Assembly (NCBI GenBank): GCA_019312665.1
Contig: JAFDCZ010000002.1
Location: 1-62,070, forward strand
Direction of reading: 5' to 3'
Length of the DNA stretch: 62,070 nt
Source of the DNA: Deltaproteobacteria bacterium
Lineage (GTDB): Bacteria > Myxococcota_A > UBA9160 > UBA6930
Every line of letters starts with the position of its first letter. Within the stretch, counting starts at the first letter, position 1. This document shows positions 29,726-37,904 of this stretch, in pieces. A program made the translations under genes and the position numbers. The notes beneath the pieces were generated by a model. It searched no databases and had not been told where the DNA came from. It saw only the letters and a list, made by a program, of their open reading frames with translations.

Positions 29726-30969
29726 CGCTTCGCCTCCCGGCCGAACATGATCCCGGCCACCCGTCGGATCTGGATCTCCTCCGAACCCTCGGTGATCCGG
29801 TAGCGCCGATGATGCCGGTAGATGTGTTCGAAGGGCATATGCCGCGTGTACCCGATGCCGCCGTGAACCTGGATCGCCTGGTCCGCAGCATTGCAGACCA
29901 ACCGATTCGCACGGTAGTTGCACATGGAGACCTTGTCGGTCACGTCCATATGATGCTCCCGGTCGAGCTGCCATGCCGTCTTGTAGACCAGGTTCCGAAC
30001 CATCTCACACTCGGTCTGCAGCTCGGCCAACGGGAATTGGATGGCCTGATTCAGCCAGAGCGGCTTGCCGAACACGATCCGCTCGCGCGCGTACTTGACA
30101 CTCTCGTCGATACAGAATTGCGCAGCACCGACCCCCGACGCGGCCTGACGGATGCGGTTCTCATGCACGAAGGTCTGGGCGAGGGCCAACCCGCGGCCCT
30201 CTTCGCCGAAGATTGTCGCATCGGGTACACGCACGTCGGTCAGGGAGACTTCCGGGTGGTCGCTCGGCATGTTGAACGTCCACCACATGAACTCCACCTT
30301 GAAACCAGGAGTCTCTACCGGGACAAGGAAACAAGTGATGCCATTCGCCTGCCCCGGATCCCCGGAAGTGCGGGCGAAGATCATGTCGTGGGTTGCCGAA
30401 TGGAGGCCGGAGTTGAAACGCTTGGCTCCGTTGATGACCCACTCGTCACCCTCGCGGATCGCCGTGGTCTCGAGCCATGTAGCATCGCTGCCGTGGTTCG
30501 GTTCGGTGAGTCCGAAGCCGACGCGCAGCTTGCCCGTCAGGGCCCCTTCCAGGAAAAAGGCCTTCTGCTCGTCCGTTCCGAAACGCTTCATCATGATCGC
30601 GAAAGGAAAATTTCCGACGATCGACGATTCGTTCTGGAGGTCGTTGTGGAGGCCCAGCCCCTTCGCCGCGAGATGCTCGCGGATCATGGCCATGGCGAGA
30701 TTCGTCCCACCTTGGCCACCCATGTCTTCGGGTAGCCCGTAACGAAGGTGCCCCGCCGCATCCGCGCGCTGACGCATCTCCGCGAGCAGCGCCTCCCACT
30801 CGGGGCGCGGCTGACCATCGTTCTCGAAATCCGTGCGCGCCCATTCGCGACGATGATCGAAGAACCGGGCGTTGTCGTCCTGCAGCTCGAGGGGTTTGAT
30901 CTCCGCCTCGATGAACGCGTCGAGTTCATCCAGCTTGCGCTGGATGTCGTCGGGGATCTCGAAATCCAT
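29722..30969 (-). CDS. Acyl-CoA dehydrogenase
   Basis: FGLTEPNHGSDA, INGAKRF, QVHGGIGY, RITEGSEEIQ. Confidence 0.93.
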   Translation of the reverse strand: MDFEIPDDIQRKLDELDAFIEAEIKPLELQDDNARFFDHRREWARTDFENDGQPRPEWEALLAEMRQRADAAGHLRYGLPEDMGGQGGTNLAMAMIREHLAAKGLGLHNDLQNESSIVGNFPFAIMMKRFGTDEQKAFFLEGALTGKLRVGFGLTEPNHGSDATWLETTAIREGDEWVINGAKRFNSGLHSATHDMIFARTSGDPGQANGITCFLVPVETPGFKVEFMWWTFNMPSDHPEVSLTDVRVPDATIFGEEGRGLALAQTFVHENRIRQAASGVGAAQFCIDESVKYARERIVFGKPLWLNQAIQFPLAELQTECEMVRNLVYKTAWQLDREHHMDVTDKVSMCNYRANRLVCNAADQAIQVHGGIGYTRHMPFEHIYRHHRRYRITEGSEEIQIRRVAGIMFGREAKR

Positions 30970-30987
30970 CAGGCCGATGACTCCAGC

Positions 30988-31377
30988 TCAGGTGTTCTTC
31001 AGCTCGATCAGGATCTCGCGGTAGGTCTGCTTGCCTACATTGAAGGCCCACTCCGTGCCGCCTTTCGGAACCGGCACCGTGTTCCCCTGGGGCGGGACGA
31101 TTCCGACGAAAGAATCCATCGGGCTGCCCTTCGGCGTGACGCCTGCCACCAGATCGCCGGAGGAGATGGCCAGGTAGTAGTCGTGCTCGTGATGGTGCAG
31201 ATCACTGGCCTCCCCGGGCTCGAGAATCATCTCCCAGATCTTCACCCGGTCGTCCTCGAACAGGACCTGGGTCCCCACGCCGCCCAACGGGTCGCCGTCA
31301 TGCTCCTCACGAAAGCGCTCGAGGCGCTCCTTCAGCTCGGGGGTGATCTCAGCGTATTGGGGCTCGGTGAATTTCAC
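30988..31377 (-). CDS. Cupin domain protein
   Basis: VLFEDDRVKIWEMILEPGE..LHHHEHDY...NVG...ILIELK. AGGAG before the GTG start. Confidence 0.8.
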   Translation of the reverse strand: MKFTEPQYAEITPELKERLERFREEHDGDPLGGVGTQVLFEDDRVKIWEMILEPGEASDLHHHEHDYYLAISSGDLVAGVTPKGSPMDSFVGIVPPQGNTVPVPKGGTEWAFNVGKQTYREILIELKNT

Positions 31378-31539
31378 GGCGCTCTCCTGGGTGGATGGGC
31401 ATGGGCGCGCGATGGTACACGGCCCGCGAGGCTCCGCCTGCCAGAGGAATCCGACGCGGCCCTGCAGCCGGATTCCTGCAGGTTTTCCCGGGGCTTACCG
31501 ATCGGTAGAATCCACGCGCCGCCCCCGAACGGAGTTCCG

Positions 31540-33030
31540 ATGTCCGCCACGACCGCACCGCCCGAAGCCCCCGCCCTCCGGCCTGGCGAAGTGCTGCGCA
31601 TCTGGTTCAAGCATCTGACGGCCCTGTATATCCCGGGGCTCAGTCTGGCCTTCGTACTCACTGGGCCTCACCCGTGGTGGGTCGCGATCCTCTTCATGCT
31701 GCCGATGGTCTGGGCACACCACGCGGATTGCACGGCTCGGGTCGAGTACCGGCAGCCCGCCCAGGGCCTTCCCGCCTGGCCCTTCGAAGCGCTCGTCTAC
31801 CTCCTGGTCGGCCTCCAACTCTGGATCATCGGCGGGCTCGTCGTTCTCTTCGCGGGGCAACAGGGCGTGTTCTCCGTGGACATGGTCATGGCCTTCCTCG
31901 TCGTGGGTGGCAGCTCCGGCTTCGCGATCATCACCGCCCACGAGCTGATCCATCGCCAGAGCAAGCTCGATCGGTTGCTAGGCCGACTGCTCCTTTCCGT
32001 CGTGCTCTACGAGCATTTCTTCACGGAACATCTACGCGGGCACCACGTTCGAGTTGGAACCGCAGACGATCCTGCCACGGCGCGCTTCGGCGAGCGCTAC
32101 GAGCCGTTCTTCCGCCGCACCGTTCCGGCCCAGTTCCGAAGCGCCTGGCGAATCGAAACCAAACGCCTCGGCGATGAACGGATGCAGCTGCTCGACCGGC
32201 GCCAGCTCGGCAACCGCGTCCTGCAAGGTGTGATCTTCGAATGGACACTCGCTTTCACGATCCTCGGCGTCTTTGGGGTCGCCGCCTTCCTGGCGTTCCT
32301 CGCTCAGGCATTCATGGCCGTGCGGCTCCTCGAGGCCGTGAACTACTTCGAGCATTGGGGCCTGGAGCGCCAAGGCAAGCGGGTCGAGCCGATCGACTCC
32401 TGGGATACCCACGGCTGGTTCACCTACTACGGCCTGATCGGGCTCTCCCGCCATGCGGACCACCACGCCCATCCGATCCGCCCGTACCAGAAGCTTCGGG
32501 TGTGGAAGGAAGCGCCCACGCTGCCCTATGGCTACGTGGGTGCCGTAGACCAGGTGCAAGGGAACAACGCGGAATTCATGAAGACGGCAACCCTGGAGCT
32601 CGGCCGGCGGCGCCTCGGGCCGTTCCTGCCGGAAGGCGAGGACAGGGCAGCGCTTCCCCCCGAAGCCTCCCTTGCGCGGCTCGAGGAAGCGAAGCGATTG
32701 GAGGATCCGCCGTTCGCGGAAAAGCCGACCCTGCCGGTCCTCTGGCTGCAGAATCTCTCGCGAAGGCTAGGCCAGACGGGCACCCGGGTTGCCGTGATGG
32801 CATTGCTCCTGCTCGTCACCACGAGTGCCGTGCATTGGGAGAGCGGGAGTGCGGAGACGGGTTTCATTGCGCGGCTGGCGCTTCACGCGTGGATCTTCGC
32901 CTCGGTCGCGGTGCTGATCTTCGTTGGCCACAGATTGAAGCTCCGCACCGAGCACGAAACGTTCGCGTGGAGCGCGGCCATGGGAGTCCTGGTGGTCCTG
33001 GGTGCCGCGTCGGGATGGCTAGCCGGCTGA
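31540..33030 (+). CDS. AlkB-type membrane di-iron monooxygenase with a C-terminal membrane extension
   Basis: His boxes HELIH, EHLRGHH, NYFEHWG, LSRHADHHA. GGAG before ATG 31540. Confidence 0.85.
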   Translation: MSATTAPPEAPALRPGEVLRIWFKHLTALYIPGLSLAFVLTGPHPWWVAILFMLPMVWAHHADCTARVEYRQPAQGLPAWPFEALVYLLVGLQLWIIGGLVVLFAGQQGVFSVDMVMAFLVVGGSSGFAIITAHELIHRQSKLDRLLGRLLLSVVLYEHFFTEHLRGHHVRVGTADDPATARFGERYEPFFRRTVPAQFRSAWRIETKRLGDERMQLLDRRQLGNRVLQGVIFEWTLAFTILGVFGVAAFLAFLAQAFMAVRLLEAVNYFEHWGLERQGKRVEPIDSWDTHGWFTYYGLIGLSRHADHHAHPIRPYQKLRVWKEAPTLPYGYVGAVDQVQGNNAEFMKTATLELGRRRLGPFLPEGEDRAALPPEASLARLEEAKRLEDPPFAEKPTLPVLWLQNLSRRLGQTGTRVAVMALLLLVTTSAVHWESGSAETGFIARLALHAWIFASVAVLIFVGHRLKLRTEHETFAWSAAMGVLVVLGAASGWLAG

Positions 33031-33062
33031 GTTGTGGAGCGAGGAATGGGGCCGGCATGAAA

Positions 33063-33080
33063 CCTGCCTTGGAGGGCAGG
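33063..33080. terminator. Hairpin between convergent genes
   Basis: CCTGCCT-TGGA-GGGCAGG stem-loop; no strong U-tract. Confidence 0.4.
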
Positions 33081-33136
33081 CATGTGGAATTTGCGAGTTG
33101 CTGGTTCTCCACCGCACTGCCCCAGACCACGAGTGT

Positions 33137-35953
33137 CTAGAAAACGTCCTGCTTCAGTAGTTTCACGAACTCGTCTTCCGCAACCGGCTTGCTGAAGAGG
33201 TAGCCCTGCACATAGTCGCAGCCGAACTCCCGCAGGAAACTGAACTGCGCCTCCGTCTCGACTCCCTCGGCAATCACCTCCATACCCAGTCCATGAGCCA
33301 TTGCGATACAGGCGCGGGTGATGGTGGCCGCCTGCTCACTATCGGGCAGTTCCCGAATGAAGGACATGTCGATCTTCAGCACGTCGAGATGGAACCGCTG
33401 GAGGTAGCCCAAGCTCGAGTAGCCTGTTCCGAAATCATCGACGGCGAGCCGGATGCCGAGGCGCCGGAGGCGTTCGAGGTTCTCCGTAACTTCTCCGTCC
33501 ATCAGGGAACGCTCCGTGAGTTCGAAGCTCAGACACTCGGGATGCAATGAGGCCGGTCCGAGCGCGTCCAACACCTGGGCCCGTAGCCCCGGATCGTGGA
33601 CCTGGCGCGCGCTCAGATTGACGGCGATTCGCGGCGCGTCCAGGCCCTGGGACCGCCAGGACGCAATGTCACGACAGGCCTGGGCCATCACCCAGGCTCC
33701 GATTCCCACCTCGAGTCCGTTCTCCTCTGCAACGTCGATGAAGAGCCCGGGCCCGACGAGGCCCTGCCCAGGCCGCTGCCAGCGCACGAGGGCCTCCGCA
33801 CTCGAGATGCTCCGGGTCTCCACATCGATGACGGGTTGGTAGAAGACGCGGAACTCCTGCCTGTCGATGGCCTCCCGAAGGGCCTCGATCAAATCCATGC
33901 GCTCTCGCGCGCGTTCGTTCATCTCCGGGGTGAAATGGTGAATGGCACCGGCGGCACCGGTTTGCCTCGCAGCATGCAAGGCTGCATCGCTTCCGCTGAT
34001 CAGGGCTTCCACGGTCGACGCATCCTCCGGAGCGACTGTGACCCCGGTGCTCGCCGAAAGCCGCAGCGTGTGGCCGTCGATCTCGACGGGGACGTCCAGG
34101 CGCCTGGACCACGCTTCGGCTCGGCTCGCTGCGGTCGGTTTGCCGCCCAAAGCCTCGAGGATGATCCCGAACTCGTTTCCAGCGATGCGTGCGACGCAGC
34201 TTTCCCCGAACTCCTCCGTCAGCCGGGTCGCCACCACCTGAAGCACCTGATCTCCCGTGGCGTGCCCCAAGGTTTCGTTGATGGCCTGAAAATCGTCGAG
34301 ACCCGTAATGAGGACGGCGAGCGGGATCGACCCTTCTTCTGCTCGAGTCAACGCCTGGCGCAGGCGCTCCTTGAAGAGCGAGCGATTCGGTAGACCCGTC
34401 AGCGCATCGTAGTGGGTAAGCAACCGGTTGGTCTCGATCGTACGCAGATTCCCGAGGGCCACCGATGCACGGGCCACGATCTGCTGCGCGAGTGCGAGGG
34501 CCGGTAGTCCGCCCGGATCCCGTTCGAAACGGAGCAGCGCGAACCCCACTTGCTGTTGGTTCGCCAACAGCGGGAGCCACCCAAGCGCCTGAGCCCCAGG
34601 GTCGTGGCCAAGCCCGGGGAAGCAGGTGGACGCCGGGAGCATCTCGGCTTCTGGATGCTCCGCCAGGAAGGCCCGCCATTCCCTGGGCTCGTACAACACA
34701 CTCGCCTCGGCATTCCCGTCGTGTCCCACGCTGGCAAGGGCCATGGATTCGGCATCCTCGCGCTCGATCCCGACGAATCCATCCAAGGCCGAGGAGAGCG
34801 CCATCAGGTGCTCGACCAGATGATTGGCGATGGAAGCATCGTCGGCTGCCGCGATCAAATGGCGGTCAAACTCCAGGGTTTCGTGCTGGGCCATGAAGTG
34901 CTGACCGAGAGCCCCTGCCATGAAATTGAAGGAATGCGCCAACTCCCCGAACTCGTTGTTGCCGGAAGTGGGCGCGCGAGCTGTGAAATTGCCAGCCGCG
35001 ACTTCACGCGTGCCGGCCACGAGCGCCTGAAGCGGAGCCAGGCGCCGGCGGATCTGCTGAAGGTTCACGAGCAGCACGAGCAGGAAGGCGAGCCCGACCG
35101 CGAGGGCAAAAAGGGCGCGGAACTCGGAGAGCGGAGCGTGGATGGCCGCCACGGGTTCCAGCAGGACGATCACCCAGGGTTCACTGCCGAACTGCGCATT
35201 GAGGAAGAGAGACCAGTATTGACCGTGCAGATCTTCGCCGTTGACGACGATTTCTACGGGCCCGGATGCCGAATCGAAGGAGGCGAGCCCAGGCAACGTC
35301 AGGCTGTCGGAACAACCGATCAATCGCGTGCCGGGCGCTGACAGGCAGAACTGCCCGTCGGAAGGCAGCGTGTCGCGTGCCGCACGGAGAAGGTGGTCTG
35401 GATGCACTGCGCCCACGAACGGGAGGGTTCCCTCCCCAGCCCGCACGGCCATGAAGATCCCGGCTTCGTCGGTGATGAGCCCCGCCCCGTCTGGAGCGAG
35501 CTTGGCGAGGCTCTCGAGGGCCGCACCCGTATCGGCGACATCTCCTCGAATCCAGCGAACCGCGCCGTCCCGTCGGAACTGGCCGATCGCGAGGAAGCGC
35601 TCGTCGATCGAGGTGATGTCGGGAATTGCTCCGTCGGCAACGCCCCGCAGCTCCGTTTCCAGCGCGGTCAGCCGGCCGAGCAAAGCCATGCCGGTCGCTC
35701 GACTCGCCTGGTGAAGCCGTTGTTCGCTTTGGTCCTCGAGCTGGGTCGTCACGGCTTGCAGAACGATGGCCGAAACGATCCCCAGCGGAATGAGCGTTCC
35801 AGCGACGAATAGCAACAAGAACTGGCGCGCCAGCTGGGGACGGCCTGTCTGGAGAGAACCGTTCTCGTCTCGAAGAGGAGAGCTCACGGAGCCCCCATCG
35901 GCTCGCGGCCCAAGCCTGCTGAGCCCCGAAATGCCCCGAGGGGACGCAAGCAT
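33137..35953 (-). CDS. Membrane sensor-HAMP-GGDEF(degenerate)-EAL c-di-GMP phosphodiesterase
   Basis: Two TM segments; HAMP (NEFGELAHSFNFM); YDALTGLPNR; GGDEF replaced by AGNEF; intact AEALVRW, DDFGTGYSS, AEGVE, QGY. Confidence 0.9.
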   Translation of the reverse strand: MLASPRGISGLSRLGPRADGGSVSSPLRDENGSLQTGRPQLARQFLLLFVAGTLIPLGIVSAIVLQAVTTQLEDQSEQRLHQASRATGMALLGRLTALETELRGVADGAIPDITSIDERFLAIGQFRRDGAVRWIRGDVADTGAALESLAKLAPDGAGLITDEAGIFMAVRAGEGTLPFVGAVHPDHLLRAARDTLPSDGQFCLSAPGTRLIGCSDSLTLPGLASFDSASGPVEIVVNGEDLHGQYWSLFLNAQFGSEPWVIVLLEPVAAIHAPLSEFRALFALAVGLAFLLVLLVNLQQIRRRLAPLQALVAGTREVAAGNFTARAPTSGNNEFGELAHSFNFMAGALGQHFMAQHETLEFDRHLIAAADDASIANHLVEHLMALSSALDGFVGIEREDAESMALASVGHDGNAEASVLYEPREWRAFLAEHPEAEMLPASTCFPGLGHDPGAQALGWLPLLANQQQVGFALLRFERDPGGLPALALAQQIVARASVALGNLRTIETNRLLTHYDALTGLPNRSLFKERLRQALTRAEEGSIPLAVLITGLDDFQAINETLGHATGDQVLQVVATRLTEEFGESCVARIAGNEFGIILEALGGKPTAASRAEAWSRRLDVPVEIDGHTLRLSASTGVTVAPEDASTVEALISGSDAALHAARQTGAAGAIHHFTPEMNERARERMDLIEALREAIDRQEFRVFYQPVIDVETRSISSAEALVRWQRPGQGLVGPGLFIDVAEENGLEVGIGAWVMAQACRDIASWRSQGLDAPRIAVNLSARQVHDPGLRAQVLDALGPASLHPECLSFELTERSLMDGEVTENLERLRRLGIRLAVDDFGTGYSSLGYLQRFHLDVLKIDMSFIRELPDSEQAATITRACIAMAHGLGMEVIAEGVETEAQFSFLREFGCDYVQGYLFSKPVAEDEFVKLLKQDVF

Positions 35954-35993
35954 GAAGGGTTGATCTGGTCAGCGGGTTTGCCGATGGGTAAGT

Positions 35994-36422
35994 GTGTCGA
36001 ATCGCCGAATTCGAAAGAGGACCGAGGAGCAGCCGAAGCTCTGGGCGGTCGTCCTCCTGGTGGCGCTGGCTCTGGGCGCGTCCGTGGGGGCGATCCAGAA
36101 GAGTCAGGTGCCCCCTCCGGTGGTGCCCGAGGCATTGCAAGGTCGCTGGACGACCCGTGAGCCCAGTCACTCGGATCGCTACATCGAGATCGGTCCTACG
36201 ACTATCGCTCACGGTACGGGCGGGTTGCTGGGCACGATCCGTGCCGTCCGGCAAGTCACTCAGCTGCCTCCCGGCCGCCGTGGTTACATCCGCTTCGAAG
36301 TCGAGATCATGGATGACGAAGGGATCATCGCCTCCACCGTGGAGCTCGACTACCGAGACGGTATCGTGCCGACGCTGGCCTTGCCTAACGTCGCCGGATA
36401 CTGGCGGCGCGAACGCTCGTGA
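35994..36422 (+). CDS. Hypothetical membrane-anchored/exported protein
   Basis: N-terminal TM then VPEALQGRWTT..., beta-rich. Stop overlaps the pilin start (GTGA). Confidence 0.6.
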   Translation: MSNRRIRKRTEEQPKLWAVVLLVALALGASVGAIQKSQVPPPVVPEALQGRWTTREPSHSDRYIEIGPTTIAHGTGGLLGTIRAVRQVTQLPPGRRGYIRFEVEIMDDEGIIASTVELDYRDGIVPTLALPNVAGYWRRERS

Positions 36423-36898
36423 TGAGCCACACCCACCTGGGCAGCCGCGGAGGTTTCACGCTCCTCGAGATCATGATCGTCGTGGCGATCATCGGCATTC
36501 TTGCTGCCATCAGTAGCCAACAATACACGGTGTATATCGATCGGGTGCGGGTCACCGAGGCGATCATCGACATTCGCGGTTTCCAGAGCGAGATCAGAAC
36601 CCAGGAGGTCACGGACGGCGTGACTCCCGGCTCGCTGGCGGCTGCGGGGATTGGCGCGCCACTGGATCCTTGGGGAAACCCTTATCAGTACCTGAAGATC
36701 AAACGACCTCCCGGGCCGGGCGTGAACATCGGCCAGGCGCGAAAAGACAGGTTCCTGGTCCCGATCAACACGTCCTTCGACCTCTACAGCATGGGCAAGG
36801 ACGGTCAGACCCGGGCGCCGCTCAACCCCCCGGTGAGCCGCGACGACGTGGTCCGCGCCAATGATGGATCGTTCATCGGGCTGGCGGAACGTTACTGA
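36419..36898 (+). CDS. Prepilin-type (GspG-like) pseudopilin
   Basis: G|FTLLEIMIVVAIIGILAAI cleavage/methylation motif; DPWGNPYQY; FDLYSMGKDG...DDV. Confidence 0.88.
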   Translation: MMSHTHLGSRGGFTLLEIMIVVAIIGILAAISSQQYTVYIDRVRVTEAIIDIRGFQSEIRTQEVTDGVTPGSLAAAGIGAPLDPWGNPYQYLKIKRPPGPGVNIGQARKDRFLVPINTSFDLYSMGKDGQTRAPLNPPVSRDDVVRANDGSFIGLAERY

Positions 36899-36910
36899 GC
36901 CAGAGGCTCG

Positions 36911-37756
36911 TCAAGCCGCCTTCTTCGTCTCGGCCTTGAGCTTGTCGACGCAGGGCTCGCAAAGCCCATGGGTGAACTGGGCGTCCGAGTTCTTTTCGAC
37001 GAAGAGCTCGAGCTGGTTCCAGTAGCCCTGGTCGTCGCGGATGCTCTTGCATTGGGCACAGATCGGCAGCAAGCCCGAGAGGGATTGAACACGCGAGACG
37101 AGATGCATGGCGCGGAAGAGCACGAGGAGAGTGGCCAGGATTCCGCCGGTGGCGAGCATTCCAACGAGAACGATGGCGCGGCTCTCCTCCTTGCCGAGGC
37201 GTGTCAGCTCGGCCCGCGCACGCGCCGAGCCCTGAGCCAACACCTCCTCGAGAGCCACCTGGAAACCCGCGCTTGCGGCTTCTGCCGCCGAAGCCCGGGC
37301 CCTGGCTTCGGCTCGATCCCCAGCGGCCAGGGCGGAGAACACTTCCCTCGCCCGATCCGCGTAGAGGTTGTGAGCGGCATCCAGCTTCGCGACCGGTGAG
37401 AGCAGCTCCGCCGCCTCTCCCTCCGCCGGTGCGGAAGAGAGGAGCGCGCTCACCTCCTGCAGGCCGTCCCAGATCGCCGCCGCTCGCGCCTCGAAGCGAC
37501 GTTCGCCCTGGGAGGGGCCCACCTCAGGGCGCTGCTCCCAGAGGGCCCTTTCGAGCGCTGCAGTCTGTTGCAGATGGCCGGCTGCCACCTGCCCGAGGGT
37601 CTCGCTGACCTCGAGCTCCAACATCGCCGCCGCCTGGCTACGCCGTGCGACCTGGTCCAGCGCCCAGATCGAAACCCCGGAAGAGGCTGAGCCGAGCAGC
37701 GTCGCGCCAATGAGCAGCGCGATGATCCGGTCTTTGAGCGATAACTGATGGAACAT
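36911..37756 (-). CDS. Two-TM four-helix-bundle sensor with a C-terminal Cys/His-rich domain
   Basis: TM-helical-TM topology; LLPICAQCKSIRDDQGYW...FTHGLCEPC. Confidence 0.75.
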   Translation of the reverse strand: MFHQLSLKDRIIALLIGATLLGSASSGVSIWALDQVARRSQAAAMLELEVSETLGQVAAGHLQQTAALERALWEQRPEVGPSQGERRFEARAAAIWDGLQEVSALLSSAPAEGEAAELLSPVAKLDAAHNLYADRAREVFSALAAGDRAEARARASAAEAASAGFQVALEEVLAQGSARARAELTRLGKEESRAIVLVGMLATGGILATLLVLFRAMHLVSRVQSLSGLLPICAQCKSIRDDQGYWNQLELFVEKNSDAQFTHGLCEPCVDKLKAETKKAA

Positions 37757-37769
37757 GACACAAGTGATA

Positions 37770-37782
37770 GACGCATTGCGTC
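37770..37782. promoter_or_regulatory. Palindromic operator in an AT-rich promoter region
   Basis: GACGCA-T-TGCGTC lies between TTGACT and the ATG at 37756 (minus strand). Confidence 0.45.
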
Positions 37783-37904
37783 AAAAGTCAACTCGTGATT
37801 TTTCGTAGTATTTCCAACAGATTACGCGGAACCAACCATCAGAGAATCCAGCATGCGTCAGAAGGCCCCGCGGGGATACTTCTCGAGCAGCTCAACGGTG
37901 GGGT

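Noticed and set aside
30748-31539. Long N-terminal extensions in the ORF track (AlkB 760 aa, epoxide hydrolase 554 aa, hydrolase 567 aa, sulfotransferase 491 aa)
   Set aside because: They overlap genuine opposite-strand genes. Downstream starts match the family N-termini, and some have an SD.
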